From an uncultured delta proteobacterium (GTDB taxonomy: Bacteria; Myxococcota_A; Polyangia; Polyangiales; Houyiibacteriaceae): DNA of 64,000 nt. The DNA lies in assembly GCA_963699755.1 (NCBI GenBank), contig CAVOVB010000002.1:224001-288000 (forward strand), given 5' to 3'. Shown piece by piece: positions 60,951-64,000 of this stretch; the first letter of the stretch is position 1, and every line of letters begins with the position of its first letter. Below the pieces are notes generated by a model. The model had not been told where the DNA came from and did not search any database. It worked only from the letters and a program-made list of their open reading frames with translations. The position numbers and the translations under genes are program-made.

Positions 60951-62089
60951 GGCGTGGCTAGCTCCATTTGAACCTTGCGGATATGAGGGCGCAAAGATGC
61001 GTCCACGAAACCCCGCGCATCGAGGTGACCGGGATATGCTGGCAGTCTCCGTTCGAGTCGAAATCCCTCGGCTTCGCAGGCTTCGCCAAGGCGTTCGAGA
61101 TACGGCCAGGGATGTTGAGGGTTGATGTAGTCTGGGGTCACAGGCGAAATGCCACCGAAGTCGTTGATGCCTGCATGGATCAAGGCGGCCGTCGAAGCTG
61201 GATTGAGATTAGGTGGCGCCTGAACGCTGATGTCGTCGTCGAGGATCAGCCGGGTCAGGGCGATCGTGGCGGCGAGCTCGTCGGAGCTCGGCTCGCGCGA
61301 CAAACCCATCGGAGTATCGGGATGCGCGCGAAAGTTCTGGACGATCACTTCGCCGATATGACCGTGCTCGCGATGCAAGCGTCGAATCGCAACAATCGTG
61401 TCGATTCGCTCCTCGATCGTCTCACCGATTCCGATGAGAAGGCCCGAGGTGAACGGAATTTGGAGCTCGCCCGCTTCGCGAGTCATTTGAAGGCGCTTGG
61501 CCGGTCGCTTGTCGGGCGCGCGATGGTGCGGCATGCCCCTTTCGCATAGTCGCTCACTCACGTTCTCGAGCATCAAGCCGAGGCTCACGTTCACTGGCCT
61601 GAGCGCGACCATATCCTCGCGAGAAAGAATGCCGGCATTGGTGTGCGGTAGCAGCCCCGCTCGTAGCGCTTCTTCGGCCGCCCAGCGAAGATAGTCGACC
61701 GTTCGTTCGTGCCCCCAAGAACGCAGTAGGGCCCGGTATTCCCGAAAGCCGGTTTCAGGCGTGTCACCCAAGCAAAACAGCGCCTCGATGCAGCCCTGCT
61801 GTCGTGCTCGATGGAGCCAATCGTGAATCTCGCCGGGGCTCATCGTCCATTCGCCGGGATCGCCCGGCGAACGACGAAACGAGCAGTAGTCGCAGTGATT
61901 CCGGCAGAGATTGGTGATCGGAAGAAACACCTTGGGAGAGTACGTGAGCCTCTTCCCCCAGGCACGATCGCGACGAGCACCAGCAGCCTCGCAAAGGGAG
62001 GCGCCGTCGAGCTCGCTCAGTCGGTAGGCGTCTTGCTCGCTGACCGGACCGAAGCTTGCGCTGTGCAAAGTTCTCGACATCGGGGTCAT
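60947..62089 (-). CDS. cofG: FO synthase subunit CofG (radical SAM)
   Basis: TYSPKVFLPITNLCRNHCDYC, LLPHTNAG, PFTSGLLIGIGE, QAPPNL, GGISPVTPDYINP. Confidence 0.92.
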   Translation of the reverse strand: MTPMSRTLHSASFGPVSEQDAYRLSELDGASLCEAAGARRDRAWGKRLTYSPKVFLPITNLCRNHCDYCSFRRSPGDPGEWTMSPGEIHDWLHRARQQGCIEALFCLGDTPETGFREYRALLRSWGHERTVDYLRWAAEEALRAGLLPHTNAGILSREDMVALRPVNVSLGLMLENVSERLCERGMPHHRAPDKRPAKRLQMTREAGELQIPFTSGLLIGIGETIEERIDTIVAIRRLHREHGHIGEVIVQNFRAHPDTPMGLSREPSSDELAATIALTRLILDDDISVQAPPNLNPASTAALIHAGINDFGGISPVTPDYINPQHPWPYLERLGEACEAEGFRLERRLPAYPGHLDARGFVDASLRPHIRKVQMELATP

Positions 62090-62961
62090 TGCATCTTGGC
62101 GATGACGGTGTCCGCAAACCGGTTCAGGCCGTCGAGGCGTCCCTGCAAATCGCCGCCTAGCATGGGAGTCCCATACATGAGCCAGGGCACGGTGATGATA
62201 TCGGTCACGCCTGCGTCTTCGAGACGCTTGTACCCGTCGGCATCCCAGACGTCAGTAACGACCGCCTGGTATTCCATCGGCAGATGGTCACGACCGTACT
62301 CCTTGCGAAAGGTTTCGATCTGGCCGATGAGGGCGAGCAGCTTCTTCGAAGTAAGCATCGCCGAAGACCAGCCGTCTCCGTATTTGGCTGCGCGTCGAAG
62401 CCCCGGCTTGCTGTGGCCACCTATGTAAATGGGAATGGGCTTGCTCGGGGCCGGGCTCATCTGGATCTTACCGAAGTCGTAGTGCTCGCCGTGGTATTCG
62501 ACCATGCCGCCTCCCCAAATGAGGCGGAGTATTTCGAGACACTCGTCCATGCGCTTGCCGCGCGTGTCGAAGTCCGTGCCACACCACTTGAACTCCTCGG
62601 GCAGCCAGCCGAGCCCACAGCCGAAGCCAAAGCGATTATTGGAAAGCGCCGCCAGGGAAGCGACCTGTTTGGCGACCAAGACTGGATGGCGCACGGGCAG
62701 CTTCACGACGCTCGTGTAGAGGAACAGCGATTGCGTCGCAGCAGCCATGGCGGCTGCGCCCACAATCGGCTCAATCCACGGAGTCTCGCCGTCCCACATG
62801 CGACTGCCGTCTTGGGTGTACGGGTACGGCTTACTGACTTCCTCTGAGAAGAAGATCGAGTCGGGCAAGACGATGGCATGATAGCCGCGTTTCTCCGCCT
62901 CCTTCGCCACCGGGATGTAGTGCTCAGGCGGCGCCATGGCGATTGAGACGCTGAATTTCAT
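62086..62961 (-). CDS. LLM-class F420-dependent oxidoreductase (Rv2161c-family-like)
   Basis: YPYTQDG, RHPVLVAKQVASL, GLGWLPEEF, PIYIGGHS...RRAAKYGDGW; ATGA-coupled to cofG. Confidence 0.85.
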   Translation of the reverse strand: MKFSVSIAMAPPEHYIPVAKEAEKRGYHAIVLPDSIFFSEEVSKPYPYTQDGSRMWDGETPWIEPIVGAAAMAAATQSLFLYTSVVKLPVRHPVLVAKQVASLAALSNNRFGFGCGLGWLPEEFKWCGTDFDTRGKRMDECLEILRLIWGGGMVEYHGEHYDFGKIQMSPAPSKPIPIYIGGHSKPGLRRAAKYGDGWSSAMLTSKKLLALIGQIETFRKEYGRDHLPMEYQAVVTDVWDADGYKRLEDAGVTDIITVPWLMYGTPMLGGDLQGRLDGLNRFADTVIAKMQ

Positions 62962-63020
62962 CGGGCGGACCTTAGCATAGGGGAGCCCCAAGCAAAGCCT
63001 CTATCAGGGACGAAGGCCGC

Positions 63021-63998
63021 CTATCCGCGGTCTCGCGGGATTCGCGTGCCGATGACACGCGTTACGTTGAGCCAGGCCCACATCCGAGCAGAAAGGAGCG
63101 GCTTGCCGGTGTTCATGAACGCGACACTGATGTCCCGATCGGGATCGGCCCATCCGAGGACATTGGTAAAACCGAGGTGACCATAGGCGTTGGCCGTACG
63201 AGGTCCGTAGAACCCAAAGCTTCGCAAACCAAGCATGAACCCCATCGAGAGTGGAATCGGCATCATCAAGACGCGATCGACCTGCCCCGTTACCTGAGGC
63301 TCGACGGCGCGGGCGATCGTGCGCTGCTCGAAGACGCGACTATCTTGATAGGTGCCACCGCAAAGTAGCGTCTCGAAGAAGCGCGAAATCTCCTCGGGCG
63401 TGGCAATGATGTTGGCAGCGGGTGCGACACCCGTTCGGAAACGAGGGTCGTTACCCAGGTCGACGAGCTCCCGCATGGAGGCGCCAAAGGCCACTTGGAC
63501 CAGATTTCGATAGGGCCAGGTCGGGGTAGGCCCGGTGAAGGCGTCGACGGCAACCTGGTCTAGAAGCTCTGGTTCGACGCCATAGTTGAAGTGCTTCATC
63601 CCTAGGGGCTCGCGTACCTTCTGCGTGAGGAACTCTCGTATCTCCTGGCCTGTCACTCGCCGAATGATCTCGCCCAAGATGAACCCGCTGGTGACGGCCT
63701 GATACGCCTGCACGCTTCCAGGCCTGTGCGTCGGCTCGAGCTCGCAAAATGCTCGAACGATTGCCTCGGGCTTCGAAAGCAGGTCGAGGTTGATTGCTTC
63801 TTCCGGGGTAGCCGGAATCCCGGCACGATGCGTCAGGACGTCACGAATGGTGATGTTGTGTTTCCGACGTTTCGCAAACTCCGGAATGAACGTGGCTACC
63901 GGCTCGTCGACATGGAGCTGTTCCTCCTCCTGCAAGAGGTGAATCAGCATGGCGGTGACAGACTTTGAGCCCGAGAAAAAATTGAAGAGCGTATCAGG
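63021..63998 (-). CDS. Serine hydrolase, beta-lactamase/esterase (LipE-like) family, 5'-truncated by window edge
   Basis: The upstream in-frame extension reads PDTLFNFFSGSKSVTAM (SxxK); also LTHRAG and YGHLGFT. Confidence 0.85.
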   Translation of the reverse strand, partial: PDTLFNFFSGSKSVTAMLIHLLQEEEQLHVDEPVATFIPEFAKRRKHNITIRDVLTHRAGIPATPEEAINLDLLSKPEAIVRAFCELEPTHRPGSVQAYQAVTSGFILGEIIRRVTGQEIREFLTQKVREPLGMKHFNYGVEPELLDQVAVDAFTGPTPTWPYRNLVQVAFGASMRELVDLGNDPRFRTGVAPAANIIATPEEISRFFETLLCGGTYQDSRVFEQRTIARAVEPQVTGQVDRVLMMPIPLSMGFMLGLRSFGFYGPRTANAYGHLGFTNVLGWADPDRDISVAFMNTGKPLLSARMWAWLNVTRVIGTRIPRDRG

Positions 63999-64000
63999 GG

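Noticed and set aside
62962..63020. Search for a KstR box upstream of the LLM-cofG-cofH unit
   Set aside because: None visible, so direct KstR control is supported only for the cofEDC side.

Overview
GC-rich bacterial chromosomal window with no rRNA, tRNA, CRISPR or mobile element that I can see. The host is probably a diderm of the Myxococcota type. This is inferred from a membrane Ser/Thr kinase, a PilZ protein, SpoIIAA/SEC14-like proteins and a putative outer-membrane barrel; it is not proven. There are three blocks. (1) 2.3-14.9 kb: an ilvB-ilvN-ilvC-leuA-leuC-leuD-cimA-leuB-malic enzyme operon. It is preceded by an unannotated Val/Leu/Ile-rich leader peptide with a complete attenuator, and possibly by a second uORF/terminator. 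(2) 15-54.7 kb: a large aerobic steroid (9,10-seco) catabolic cluster resembling the mycobacterial one. It holds hsaA/E/G/F, a kshA-like Rieske oxygenase, fadD19, ltp3/ltp4, DUF35, SCP2, the C/D-ring set (fadD3, echA20, ipdABC, ipdF, fadA6, fadE30-32) and a KstR-like TetR regulator. (3) 54.8-63 kb: a coenzyme F420 biosynthesis/use island (cofC, cofD, cofE, split cofG and cofH, npdG, two LLM oxidoreductases). The main discovery is five intergenic copies of the KstR operator TnnAACnnGTTnnA (four exact, one with a terminal mismatch). Several overlap sigma70-like promoters, and they include sites in front of the C/D-ring genes (KstR2-controlled in mycobacteria) and in front of the F420 operon. This suggests a single-KstR steroid regulon that also switches on F420 synthesis in a probably non-actinobacterial host. 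Family assignments are from recognised motifs and recalled similarity, not from database searches.
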